Source: an uncultured Methanosarcinales archaeon
Lineage (GTDB): Archaea; Nanobdellota; Nanobdellia; Woesearchaeales; UBA583
Assembly: GCA_964429995.1 (NCBI GenBank)
Contig: CAYSDY010000002.1
Location: 110,361 to 174,360 of the forward strand
Length of the DNA stretch: 64,000 bases
Direction: 5' to 3'
Shown one piece after another: positions 9,631 to 19,394 of the stretch. Made by a program: the position numbers and the translations under genes. The stretch's first letter is position 1. Every line of letters starts with the position of its first letter. The notes below the pieces were generated by a model. That model saw only the letters and a program-made list of their open reading frames with translations. It searched no databases and was not told the DNA's origin.

Positions 9631-10549
9631 CTTCCTTTGTTAAATCTAGTAGTAAATCTTGTTTTATATCTAAAGCATAATTTGCATTATTAACTAAATG
9701 ATTATTACTTTTTGCTTTTAATTTTAAAAAAATTGATTCTCTAAATAATACATCTAAAACACCGAATTCAACTTTGTATCTTTTTTGAGGTTCTTCATAT
9801 CCTCCCCAATGTGACATTCTATGTAATAATCTAATACTTTCTTCTAATTCGGGATGTTTATTAGCAATATTTTCAATTAATGTTTGATATCTTTCAACTT
9901 TTTTATTTTGGTTAGCTTGCACTCTTTCTAATAATGAGAAATCATAGTCTAATTCAAAAGTATTTAATTCTAAATGAGCTAAGTCAATATTAGAATATGT
10001 AAATTCATTTGCAAATTCAGTAATATTTTTGTTTCCATTTCTTACTTGATAAACATAATTTACTAATTGAATTTCAAAACTACTAATTGGAGGGATAACT
10101 ATTTTCTCAGCTGTATCTAATAATTCTTTTCGAATTTTTTCTATTCTTGGCTCTAATCCTTCAGAAACATAAACCCTTAATCTACAATCATTAAATATAA
10201 ATTGTTTTAAGTAAGTCTCCCAATTGTCTTCACTACTTAGAATAACATCCCAATTTTGTGCTAATTGAAATAAAGAATTATCATGTTGATACCAACTAGA
10301 AATATATTTATTAAAAAAGTCTAAATCTGAACATTCATCTCTTTCTTTTCTAATTTGTTTCATAGAATTTGCAAATAAATTTCCAGAGTGTTCAGATTTT
10401 AGTATTAAATTTCTTAACTCAATTAAATCCATGCCTAAATCTTTCAAACTAGAATTTACAACATTATTTATTATCTCACGATTATAGCTTTGTAACCAAA
10501 ATAAATAATCCCTTTCAAATTGAAAGGGCACAGTTAATTTTTGAATCAT
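9620..10549 (-). CDS. Hypothetical protein, co-operonic with the peptide-modification genes
   Basis: 309-aa ORF with no motif I recognise. Its ATG overlaps the stop of the upstream 37-aa ORF (ATGA). Confidence 0.45.
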   Translation of the reverse strand: MIQKLTVPFQFERDYLFWLQSYNREIINNVVNSSLKDLGMDLIELRNLILKSEHSGNLFANSMKQIRKERDECSDLDFFNKYISSWYQHDNSLFQLAQNWDVILSSEDNWETYLKQFIFNDCRLRVYVSEGLEPRIEKIRKELLDTAEKIVIPPISSFEIQLVNYVYQVRNGNKNITEFANEFTYSNIDLAHLELNTFELDYDFSLLERVQANQNKKVERYQTLIENIANKHPELEESIRLLHRMSHWGGYEEPQKRYKVEFGVLDVLFRESIFLKLKAKSNNHLVNNANYALDIKQDLLLDLTKEDGR

Positions 10550-10659
10550 TTTATTCTTCTTTTACTTCTTGTGATTTTTTGTGATTCTTTTATATCAGCT
10601 TTGATACCACCATAAGCAACGCATGCTAGTTGCCATAAAACTTTTTCTGTATTTTCCAT
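10546..10659 (-). CDS. Candidate precursor peptide (37 aa) with double-glycine motif
   Basis: My translation is MENTEKVLWQLACVAYGGIKADIKESQKITRSKRRIK*. The N-terminal half is hydrophobic/acidic and ends in GG. The C-terminal half is strongly cationic. Stop TGA overlaps the ATG of the next gene. A TATA-like tttataaaaat lies about 45 nt upstream. Confidence 0.35.
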   Translation of the reverse strand: MENTEKVLWQLACVAYGGIKADIKESQKITRSKRRIK

Positions 10660-10820
10660 TTTGAAGTATAACAAGATTTACTTGTTATGTATTTATGATT
10701 TTTATTTTTATAAATGTTACGATATTACTCGAAGTTAATAACATTAAAATTTATAAACTTTTGTTTATGTCACTACTAATTACTAAAACTTAAATAGTTT
10801 GAACTTTTAGAATATTATAG
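10660..10820. promoter_or_regulatory. Divergent promoter region (TATA-like boxes on both strands) between the peptide operon and integrase
   Basis: AT-rich 160-nt spacer with tttataaa-type boxes at about 10702..10713 (reading minus) and 10748..10757. Confidence 0.3.
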
Positions 10821-11948
10821 ATGCAGTTTATAGAATCATACAAATTTAAGCATAAAGATTGGAATCAAACAAAAATTAGAGTTTTGATTCACATGGTAAG
10901 AAATTTTGAACCTGAAAATCATAGACTATTTGCTCAAATGCTTTCAATGTTAGAACCTGAAAGCTCAAAGAAAATATTTGAAGAAATAAAAAATATGGGA
11001 GAGTATTTCAAAAGAATTATTGATATTGCAAATGTCGAAGATGAGAAGAATAATTTAGTTGAACAAATTTTAGCTTCAAAAAATGATTCAACAATTAATT
11101 CCACTGAAAGTTATGATGTATTGAGTATGTATAATAAATATAAAGAATCATTTTCTGAGTGGATGTTTACAAATAGAACTAAAAGGTATGCTACAAGTAC
11201 TGTAAATGAATGTTCTAAATTGTTTGCATGTGATGTTAAGAATATTTTAGATATTAGAAGAGAGATTGTAAATAATAAAAGCTTACCTCCTAGAACTAAT
11301 AATGCTTTTAGAGCTTTTTTGAATTTTGTAGAAGAAAAGACTCCAATTAGTCCGATTTTACTAAATGATTTAAGAGTATATATTAAAGGTGGTGTTGGAG
11401 AACATGTTGACAAGAGAGTTCCAACTAAGGAAGAAATTTTAAGATCAATTCAAACAATTAAAAGAGATTATTCCAATAACGATTTAATGCTTTATTATTT
11501 TTTATTTGAGTCAGGATGTAGATTTGAGGAACTTAAGAAAGTTATCTTAGAATTTGATTTTGATAAGTTTGTTGAAGGAGATGATTTTTCTTACTATAAA
11601 TTGTTTTGGAGAAGAGGAAAGAAGAACTCATTTATATTATTCTTTAGACCTGAAACTATAAAACATATTGTAGATAATTTAAAGATTTATCAAGATAATA
11701 CTTATTTAGAAAGGTTTAAAGATTGGCTTCAAGATAATCAAGATATTGAAAGTTCAAAGTATGTAAGAAAATTTACATTTACAGAAATGATTCATACTAG
11801 TGAGATTGATATAACTATTGCAAATCTGTTTCAGGGAAGAACAACAAAAGGAGACATTGGTGAGAAACATTACTTGGAATATGAAAGATTACTAGTTAAA
11901 TGGTATCCAAAATTTTTACCATTTGCAAAAGAAATTGAAGGTGAGTAA
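10821..11948 (+). CDS. int: Tyrosine recombinase / integrase
   Basis: C-terminal catalytic region has ESGCRFEEL (R) and RKFTFTEMIHTSE ... GRTTKGDIGEKHYLEY (H..R...Y). Paralogous to the integrase at 37283. Confidence 0.75.
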   Translation: MQFIESYKFKHKDWNQTKIRVLIHMVRNFEPENHRLFAQMLSMLEPESSKKIFEEIKNMGEYFKRIIDIANVEDEKNNLVEQILASKNDSTINSTESYDVLSMYNKYKESFSEWMFTNRTKRYATSTVNECSKLFACDVKNILDIRREIVNNKSLPPRTNNAFRAFLNFVEEKTPISPILLNDLRVYIKGGVGEHVDKRVPTKEEILRSIQTIKRDYSNNDLMLYYFLFESGCRFEELKKVILEFDFDKFVEGDDFSYYKLFWRRGKKNSFILFFRPETIKHIVDNLKIYQDNTYLERFKDWLQDNQDIESSKYVRKFTFTEMIHTSEIDITIANLFQGRTTKGDIGEKHYLEYERLLVKWYPKFLPFAKEIEGE

Positions 11949-12005
11949 AAGTCTTTAGAGACAACTTTATAAATAATCTTGTTATGAATATGTTAGGATA
12001 CAAAA

Positions 12006-13031
12006 ATGAAAGATTTAACAATCAAAGATGAAATTACTGAATTTATTATATATAAAGCACCTAATGAAGAAATTAAGGTAGAAGTATTTTTACATAATGA
12101 AACAGTCTGGTTAACGCAAAAAAGAATGTCGGAACTTTTTGATGTTGGAATCCCTGCAATTTCTAAACATTTAGATAATATTTATTCTGAAGGAGAATTA
12201 GATAAAGATTCAACTATTTCCATTTTGGAAACAGTTCAAAAGGAAGGAAATAGAGAAGTTAAAAGAAAACTCGAGTATTATAATTTAGATGTAATTATTG
12301 CAGTTGGTTATAGAGTTAATTCATATAGAGCAACTCAATTTAGAATTTGGGCAACAAAAATACTCAAAGAATACATTATTAAAGGATTTGCAATGGATGA
12401 TAAGAGATTAAAAAATCCTAATAATGTTTTTGGTAAGGATTATTTTGATGAACAATTAGAAAGAATACGAGATATAAGAAGTAGTGAGAGAAGATTCTAC
12501 CAAAAAATAACTGATATCTATTCTCAGTGTAGTGCTGATTATGATTCTAAATCTAAAATTACTGAAGATTTTTTTGCAATAGTTCAAAATAAACTACATT
12601 ATGCAATCTCTGGAAAAACAGCTGCAGAAATTATATATTCTAGAGCAAATAGTAAAGAACAAAATATGGGACTTACTTCTTGGAAAAATTCTCCTAAAGG
12701 AAAGATTAGAAAAACTGATATTAGTATTGCAAAGAATTACCTTAACAATGAAGAATTGGATTCATTAAATAGAATTGTATCAATGTATTTAGATTATGCT
12801 GAAATGCAAGCTAAAAAGCAAAATATAATGTATATGAAAGATTGGGTTAATAAATTAAATGCTTTTTTAAAATTTAATGAAAGGGAAATCTTACAAGATT
12901 TGGGCAAAGTTACTTCTGAGATTGCTAAAGAGTTTGCAGAAACAGAATTTGAAAAATATCGTATCATTCAGGATAGATTATTTAAGAGTGATTTTGATAA
13001 GTTAATTGAAAAAAGTAGAGATATAAAATAA
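12006..13031 (+). CDS. RhuM family virulence/cell-filamentation-like protein
   Basis: ETVWLTQKRMSELFDV, YYNLDVIIAVGYRVNS, ATQFRIWATKILKEYIIKGFAMDD are the characteristic RhuM blocks. RhuM genes are commonly RM-associated. Confidence 0.75.
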   Translation: MKDLTIKDEITEFIIYKAPNEEIKVEVFLHNETVWLTQKRMSELFDVGIPAISKHLDNIYSEGELDKDSTISILETVQKEGNREVKRKLEYYNLDVIIAVGYRVNSYRATQFRIWATKILKEYIIKGFAMDDKRLKNPNNVFGKDYFDEQLERIRDIRSSERRFYQKITDIYSQCSADYDSKSKITEDFFAIVQNKLHYAISGKTAAEIIYSRANSKEQNMGLTSWKNSPKGKIRKTDISIAKNYLNNEELDSLNRIVSMYLDYAEMQAKKQNIMYMKDWVNKLNAFLKFNEREILQDLGKVTSEIAKEFAETEFEKYRIIQDRLFKSDFDKLIEKSRDIK

Positions 13032-13953
13032 ATATTTTCAACATTGAATTTATGTTACCATGCTATATTGTAATAAGTTTTAGATAATTTATTTTTTTAT
13101 AAATTGTAATTTTTTATTTTTTAGTTGTTAATTAATGAATTTTGTTTGTTTGTGAATGTTTTTAGTGATTTTTTTTATTTTGCTAATTTTTTTTATCTCT
13201 ATGGAAGTTAATCGCCCCAAAAAGATTAGTTTTTATGTGGGTGTATTTTTGATGTTTTTTGAGGTGGGTTTGTTAATACATATATATGAAATTTTTGGAT
13301 TTTTGTGACAAAAGGAAAAGTTCATTTTTCTATTGATTTTTTAATTAAAAATTCAATTTGAAAAAATCTAAGTTTTTATTTGTTTTTTCAAGAAGTTATT
13401 AGGCATTAGTAATGTTAATTGCTATTTTTGGTGATTTTTTTTGAATTTATAGTGGCGTCTAGAAATAAGAGATAATTTTAAAATATATAAAATCGCCACT
13501 ATATGCCAAAAATGATATTTACTAGTATTTTTGAGTTTCTTAAAAATACTATTTAAATAGCATTTTTACTATATATGAATTTGAGTTTGGAAGCTTTCAG
13601 TTGTTTTCCCACCAAAATAGTTTTTTTTATGAGTTGGTTTTTTCTGTTTTTTGGATGTTTGCTCTGAGTATACATACTAAATCTGAAAATCGTGTTTTTA
13701 AATTATGGTTTTTTGGGATTGAAATAAAATTTTGTGAATAAAACAAAAGTTTGAAATTAGCTTCAAATTGAAGAGTTTTTGGTATTTTATGATAAGTTGT
13801 AGGTCAATTGAGAGTTTGTATTGAATTTTTAGGTTTGAAGTGGGTTAATTTGGGAATTGAAGTTAATAAAAAACTATTTATTTGCTGTCTTTAGTTATAA
13901 TAAGTAATAAAGTATTTAAATAAACTTAATTAAAAATTATTATATAATAAAAA

Positions 13954-16500
13954 ATGGCTAAAAAAAAAGTAAAACTTATTCCAGTCAAAGAAAAAACTAG
14001 TACTGATGATTTTAAAGATCAAGTTAAACAATATACTCATCAAGAATCTAAAAGGATTAATAACCCTCCTATTGGTTTAGTTACAGCAGAAACTGATAGT
14101 TTGAATGGAGTTAAAAAATATGAATATGATCCACATTTAAATCCTCAATTAGTTTGGGCTGGAAAGAAAGAAGGAATTAGTTTTGAAGTTGATACCGTTT
14201 CTCTTCATGTTCATGAAAGAATAGATCCATTATCTATTATTGAGAATGTGAAGAAAAGTGATGGTGAGATACAATTTTCTCTTTTCCATTATTTTGAAAA
14301 TGATAACAGACCTATAAGAGAAGCGATTGAATTTTATAAACACGAACAAAACTGGTCAAATAGATTAATTGCAGGAGATTCTTTGATTGTAATGAATTCT
14401 CTTCTTGAAAAAGAAGGAATGACTAGAAAAGTTCAGATGATTTACATTGATCCACCTTATGGAATTACTTATGGTTCTAATTTTCAACCATTTGTTAATA
14501 AACGAGATGTGAAAGATAGAAAAGATGAAGATTTAACTCAAGAGCCAGAAATGATTAAAGCATTTAGAGACACTTGGGAATTAGGGATTCATTCGTATTT
14601 AAGTTATTTAAGAGATAGATTAAAACTCTCAAAAGATTTATTGACTGATAGCGGAAGTTGTTTTGTTCAAATTTCTGATGAAAACTTACATCATGTAAGA
14701 GAAATAATGGATGAAGTTTTTGGTCCTGAGAATTTTGTTAGTCTGATTGCTTTTAAAAAAGGATTAGGATATTCTGAGAAATTTATTCCTTCTGTTTATG
14801 ATTATTTAATTGTTTATGCAAAGGATAAGACTCAGCAAAAATATAGAAAACCTCTTGTTTTTGATGACGAAGAGAATTTTATTACTTTTGGTTGGATTGA
14901 ATTACCTAATGGTGAAAGAAGAAGAGTTTCTAAAAAAAACGATTTTGTTAATGATAAATTTGTAACTAAAGGGAGATTATTTCAAACATCAACTTTAGTT
15001 TCTAAAGGTTCTGCTAAAGAATCACAAGAATATGAAATGGAAGGAACAAGATATTTCCCTTCGACAGGAACACATTGGAAAACAAAATGTCCTGAAGGAT
15101 TAAATAATTTGAAAAGTAAAAATCGTTTAATTGGCGTGAATAAAACTCTTGCTTTTGTAAGATTTAAAGAGGATTTCCCATATAAAATACCAACTAATGT
15201 TTGGGATGATACATTACAAAGTACATTTTCCTCTGATAAAGTCTATGTTGTACAAACTAATACTAAAGTTATTCAAAGATGTATTCTTATGACAACCGAC
15301 CCAGGAGATTTAGTATTAGATCCTACTTGTGGAAGTGGAACTACTGCATTTGTTGCAGAACAATGGGGAAGAAGATGGATAACTTGCGATACATCGAGAG
15401 TTGCTACAACACTAGCAAAACAAAGATTAATGACATCTATTTTTGATTATTATGAATTAGCTCATCAAAATGAAGGGATTAAATCTGGTTTCAAATACAA
15501 AACTGTTCCACATATTACTTTAGGTTCGATTGCAAATAACGAGCCAACAAATGAAGAAACTTTATACGACCAACCTTTTATTGACAAAAAGCGTAGAAGA
15601 GTTACTGGTCCTTTTACCTTAGAAGCTGTTCCATCTCAGAGAGTAACAAGTTTTGAAGATGTTGAACAAGCAATACAAGAACCTGATATGACAATTGCTC
15701 GTTCTGGAGAAACAATGAAACAGAACGATTGGATTGATGAAATGCTTGCAACAGGAATAAGAGGAAAAGCAGGACAAAAAATTGAATTTGTAAGAATAGA
15801 AACTCTTGGTGGAACAAGATGGGTTCATGCAGAAGCAGAGACTAAAGACGGACAAAAAGTAGTTATTTCTTTTGGTCCCCAATATGCACCATTAGAACAA
15901 AGGCAAGTAGAATTGGCAATTGAAGAATCTCAATCATTAGTTCCAAAACCAAAAATGATTATTTTTGCGTCATTCCAATTTGATCCTGAAGCAGCCAAAG
16001 ATATAGATGAGTTAAAATGGCCTGGAGTCAATATTCTAAAAGTTCAGATGAATACTGATCTCTTAACAAACGACTTAAAGAAAAAGCGTTCAAGTAGTGA
16101 ATCCTTCTGGTTAATGGGACAACCAGATATAGAAGTTAAAAAACAAAACGATAAATATGTTGTAGAAGTAAATGGATTTGATTATTATAACACAAAAACT
16201 GGTGAAATCGAATCTGGAGATTCTTCAAAAATTGCAATGTGGGAATTGGATACTGATTATGATGGAAGAAGTCTTTATCCAAGACAAGTGTTTTTTCCAA
16301 TGGCTGGAAGTGGAGAAGGTTGGGATAAACTCGCAAAAAACATTAAAGCAGTTATTGATGAAGAACTAATTGAACAATATAAAGGAAATATTTCAATCCC
16401 TTTCAAACTTGGTCCAAATAAAAGAATAGCTGTAAAAATTATTGATGATAGGGGAATCGAATCTTTAAAGATTGTGGAGATTAAAGATGGAAACAACTAA
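13954..16500 (+). CDS. mod: Type III restriction-modification system methyltransferase (Mod), N6-adenine/N4-cytosine class
   Basis: DPPYGITYG (motif IV) precedes LDPTCGSGTTAFVAEQWGRRWITCD (motif I), the beta-class order. 848 aa, with a long C-terminal extension. Confidence 0.85.
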   Translation: MAKKKVKLIPVKEKTSTDDFKDQVKQYTHQESKRINNPPIGLVTAETDSLNGVKKYEYDPHLNPQLVWAGKKEGISFEVDTVSLHVHERIDPLSIIENVKKSDGEIQFSLFHYFENDNRPIREAIEFYKHEQNWSNRLIAGDSLIVMNSLLEKEGMTRKVQMIYIDPPYGITYGSNFQPFVNKRDVKDRKDEDLTQEPEMIKAFRDTWELGIHSYLSYLRDRLKLSKDLLTDSGSCFVQISDENLHHVREIMDEVFGPENFVSLIAFKKGLGYSEKFIPSVYDYLIVYAKDKTQQKYRKPLVFDDEENFITFGWIELPNGERRRVSKKNDFVNDKFVTKGRLFQTSTLVSKGSAKESQEYEMEGTRYFPSTGTHWKTKCPEGLNNLKSKNRLIGVNKTLAFVRFKEDFPYKIPTNVWDDTLQSTFSSDKVYVVQTNTKVIQRCILMTTDPGDLVLDPTCGSGTTAFVAEQWGRRWITCDTSRVATTLAKQRLMTSIFDYYELAHQNEGIKSGFKYKTVPHITLGSIANNEPTNEETLYDQPFIDKKRRRVTGPFTLEAVPSQRVTSFEDVEQAIQEPDMTIARSGETMKQNDWIDEMLATGIRGKAGQKIEFVRIETLGGTRWVHAEAETKDGQKVVISFGPQYAPLEQRQVELAIEESQSLVPKPKMIIFASFQFDPEAAKDIDELKWPGVNILKVQMNTDLLTNDLKKKRSSSESFWLMGQPDIEVKKQNDKYVVEVNGFDYYNTKTGEIESGDSSKIAMWELDTDYDGRSLYPRQVFFPMAGSGEGWDKLAKNIKAVIDEELIEQYKGNISIPFKLGPNKRIAVKIIDDRGIESLKIVEIKDGNN

Positions 16501-19288
16501 TCATTTAATCATAAACAGCCCTTATGAAAAACCACAAAAACATCTAAAGTATTTAAGGGAAATTAGAAAATTTGAATTGGTTGAAGGAAGAAGACCTGCG
16601 GGCTATGTTGTTGCTTCAGAACATTCTAAGAGTTTTGATGATCCCGGTATTTTTGTTGAGTTAGAACTCGCAAATAGAATAAGAGAAAGAGTTCAAAAAT
16701 GGAAAGACAATAATTATCCCGGAATTTCATCAATAACTAAAGATTTACTTGAACATTGGAAAAATCAAGATAGAAATTTAAGGTTCTTTTTTTGTCAGAT
16801 TGAAGCAATTGAAACTTTAATTTGGTTAATCGAAGCTCCTGAAAGTGAGAAACAAGGAATTGAAATTCCGTTTGATGGGGGAGATATTCAAAGAATATGC
16901 TCCAAGATGGCAACTGGAACAGGAAAAACAATAGTTATGGCTATGTTAATTGCATACAACATAATAAATAAAGTTACTTATTCAAAAGATACACGATTCT
17001 CAAAAAATGTTCTTGTTGTTGCTCCAGGATTAACTGTAAAAAGTAGACTTCAAGTTTTACTTCCTGATGCTGATGATAATTATTATGAAGCATTTGATAT
17101 TGTACCGCAAGATTTGTATGATAAACTAAGACAAGGAAGAGTCAAGATAATTAACTGGCATTCTCTTGATTGGGATACTCAGGATAGAATTAACAAAAAA
17201 ATTGAGAATGGAACTCTTAGAACTGTTGATAAAAGAAAGAAAATTGAAATTAGTGATGAAGCATATATAAAAAATGTATTGGAAGAGTTGTCTGATGCAA
17301 AAAAAATTTTGGTTATTAATGACGAAGCACATCATGCTTGGCGAATTAATCCTGAAGCAAAAGGAAAATATCAACGAATTGGTGAAGATAAAGACAGTGC
17401 TGAAGAAGCAACAATTTGGATAAGTGGATTGGATAAAATAAATAAATCTAGAGGAATTATCCAATGTCATGATTTTTCTGCAACTCCTTTTTATCCTTCT
17501 GGTAAAAAAGTAGGGGAAGATCAGCTTTTTACATGGATTGTTAGTGATTTTGGACTAAATGATGCAATAGAGTCGGGACTAGTAAAAACTCCTAGAGTGG
17601 TTATTCGTGATGATGGAAAACTCGACAAAAAAATGAAATCTCGTTTTTACCATATTTATATGGATCCAACTGTTAAAAGTGATTTAAACAGAAGTGTTGA
17701 AGCAGAAGTTCCTCTTCCTGATTTAATTGTACAAGCTTATTATCATTTAGGAAAAGATTGGTTAGAAACACTAAAACTATGGAATAGTTCAAATCCTCCG
17801 TCTGAAGTTCCTCCAGTTATGATTACAGTTTGTAATAGAACCGAAACTGCTGCAAGAGTTGAAAATGCTTTTTTGAAAGGTAAAATAAAGATTGATGAAT
17901 TAAAAGATTCAAGTAAAACCTTGAGAATTGATTCAAAAATTTTATCTGAAGCTGAAACTAAAAAAAACACCACTGAGATTAATTCAGAAAATAAGCTATC
18001 TAAAGAAAAACAAGCAGAATTATTAAGACAGCAAGTTGATACTGTTGGAAAAAAAGGAATGCCTGGAGAACAAATCCAAAATGTAATTTCTGTTGGGATG
18101 TTATCTGAAGGTTGGGATGCAAAAACAGTAACTCATATCATGGGTCTGAGAGCATTTTCAAGTCAGTTATTATGTGAGCAAGTAGTCGGAAGAGGATTAA
18201 GAAGAGTCTCTTATGAAGTTGATGAAGAAACAGGACTATACAAACCCGAATATGTAAATATTTTCGGCGTTCCTTTTACATTCTTACCACACGAGGGCGG
18301 AGAAGATACTCCTCCGGAGCCACCTAAACCAAGAACTAGAATTTTTGTTGATGATATCAAAAAAGAACATGAAATAAAATGGCCCAACATAATTAGAATT
18401 AATCATGTATATTCTTCACAACTTCATTTAGATATGAAAAATGTTAAGAGAATAGAATTAAGACCAGAAGATACTCCTTTCAGAAGTGAACTTGCTCCTT
18501 TTTTGGAAGGAAAACCTGATAGCACCAAACTAAGTGAGATAAATCTGAGCGATGAAAAAATTGAAGAAATGTTAAAAGTCTTAAGGAAACAAAGACTTAT
18601 TTTTGAAATTGCAAGAGATATTTTTGATCAAGTAAAACCCAATTGGTCTGGCAAAAGGGAACATTTACTTATTCAAATAGTAAAAATTGTAGAAGATTTC
18701 ATAAATTCTAACAGGTTGATAATTAAAGGAGAAATCTATAAAGAGGATTTGAAAAAAAGATTATTAATTCTTCTTAATATGAATAAAATAGTACAACATT
18801 TATTTAATGCAATTAGATTTGAAAATACTGAAGAATTAGTTCCTATATATGATAAGGAAAAACCTATAAAATCAACTGCAAATATGATGACTTGGTACAC
18901 GACAAAACCTTGTGAACTTAATAGAAAATCACATATAAGTCACACAATATTTGATAGTACTTGGGAAGCAACAGAAGCATTTGAATTAGACAGAAATGAA
19001 AATATTGAGTCTTGGGCAAAAAATGATCATCTGAATTTTTATGTTAATTATGTATTTAATGGAGTTATTCATAAATATTATCCTGATTTCTTGATAAAAT
19101 TAAGAAATGGTAAAATGTTAGTATTAGAAGTAAAAGGATTAGATAGTCAACAGAATAAAACAAAAAGAGAATATTTCAAAGAATGGATAGATGCAGTAAA
19201 TAATGATGGTCGTTTTGGAGTTTGGGAATTTGATGTTTCTTTTAGACCTGCAGACATAAAAGACATTTTACAAAAACATTCTAAATAA
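16487..19288 (+). CDS. res: Type III restriction enzyme Res subunit (SF2 helicase + PD-(D/E)xK endonuclease)
   Basis: MATGTGKT (motif I), LVINDEAHHAW (DEAH), SEGWDAKTV...QVVGRGLRR (motif VI), C-terminal PDFLIKL...LVLEVKG. ATG at 16487 overlaps Mod by 14 nt. The ORF track's 16472 start is TTG. Confidence 0.85.
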   Translation: METTNHLIINSPYEKPQKHLKYLREIRKFELVEGRRPAGYVVASEHSKSFDDPGIFVELELANRIRERVQKWKDNNYPGISSITKDLLEHWKNQDRNLRFFFCQIEAIETLIWLIEAPESEKQGIEIPFDGGDIQRICSKMATGTGKTIVMAMLIAYNIINKVTYSKDTRFSKNVLVVAPGLTVKSRLQVLLPDADDNYYEAFDIVPQDLYDKLRQGRVKIINWHSLDWDTQDRINKKIENGTLRTVDKRKKIEISDEAYIKNVLEELSDAKKILVINDEAHHAWRINPEAKGKYQRIGEDKDSAEEATIWISGLDKINKSRGIIQCHDFSATPFYPSGKKVGEDQLFTWIVSDFGLNDAIESGLVKTPRVVIRDDGKLDKKMKSRFYHIYMDPTVKSDLNRSVEAEVPLPDLIVQAYYHLGKDWLETLKLWNSSNPPSEVPPVMITVCNRTETAARVENAFLKGKIKIDELKDSSKTLRIDSKILSEAETKKNTTEINSENKLSKEKQAELLRQQVDTVGKKGMPGEQIQNVISVGMLSEGWDAKTVTHIMGLRAFSSQLLCEQVVGRGLRRVSYEVDEETGLYKPEYVNIFGVPFTFLPHEGGEDTPPEPPKPRTRIFVDDIKKEHEIKWPNIIRINHVYSSQLHLDMKNVKRIELRPEDTPFRSELAPFLEGKPDSTKLSEINLSDEKIEEMLKVLRKQRLIFEIARDIFDQVKPNWSGKREHLLIQIVKIVEDFINSNRLIIKGEIYKEDLKKRLLILLNMNKIVQHLFNAIRFENTEELVPIYDKEKPIKSTANMMTWYTTKPCELNRKSHISHTIFDSTWEATEAFELDRNENIESWAKNDHLNFYVNYVFNGVIHKYYPDFLIKLRNGKMLVLEVKGLDSQQNKTKREYFKEWIDAVNNDGRFGVWEFDVSFRPADIKDILQKHSK

Positions 19289-19310
19289 TTCCATTTTGGG
19301 TATAAAATGA

Positions 19311-19394
19311 ATGTAACTACAATGTAACTGAGGGAGTTATAACTTCTCTTTAATTCATTTAAAAGATGCTTTTAGATGTAATTACAATGTAACT
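19311..19394. repeat. Two 19-nt direct repeats (atgtaaYtacaatgtaact) 65 nt apart, each an internal duplication of aatgtaact
   Basis: Units at 19311..19329 and 19376..19394, 18/19 identical. They lie in the convergent intergenic region between res and the gene 19393..20037. Confidence 0.45.

Noticed and set aside
13032-13953. Possible CRISPR array in the long non-coding region
   Set aside because: There are no regularly spaced identical repeats of 24-40 nt. Only irregular T/G-rich runs and isolated palindromes are present.
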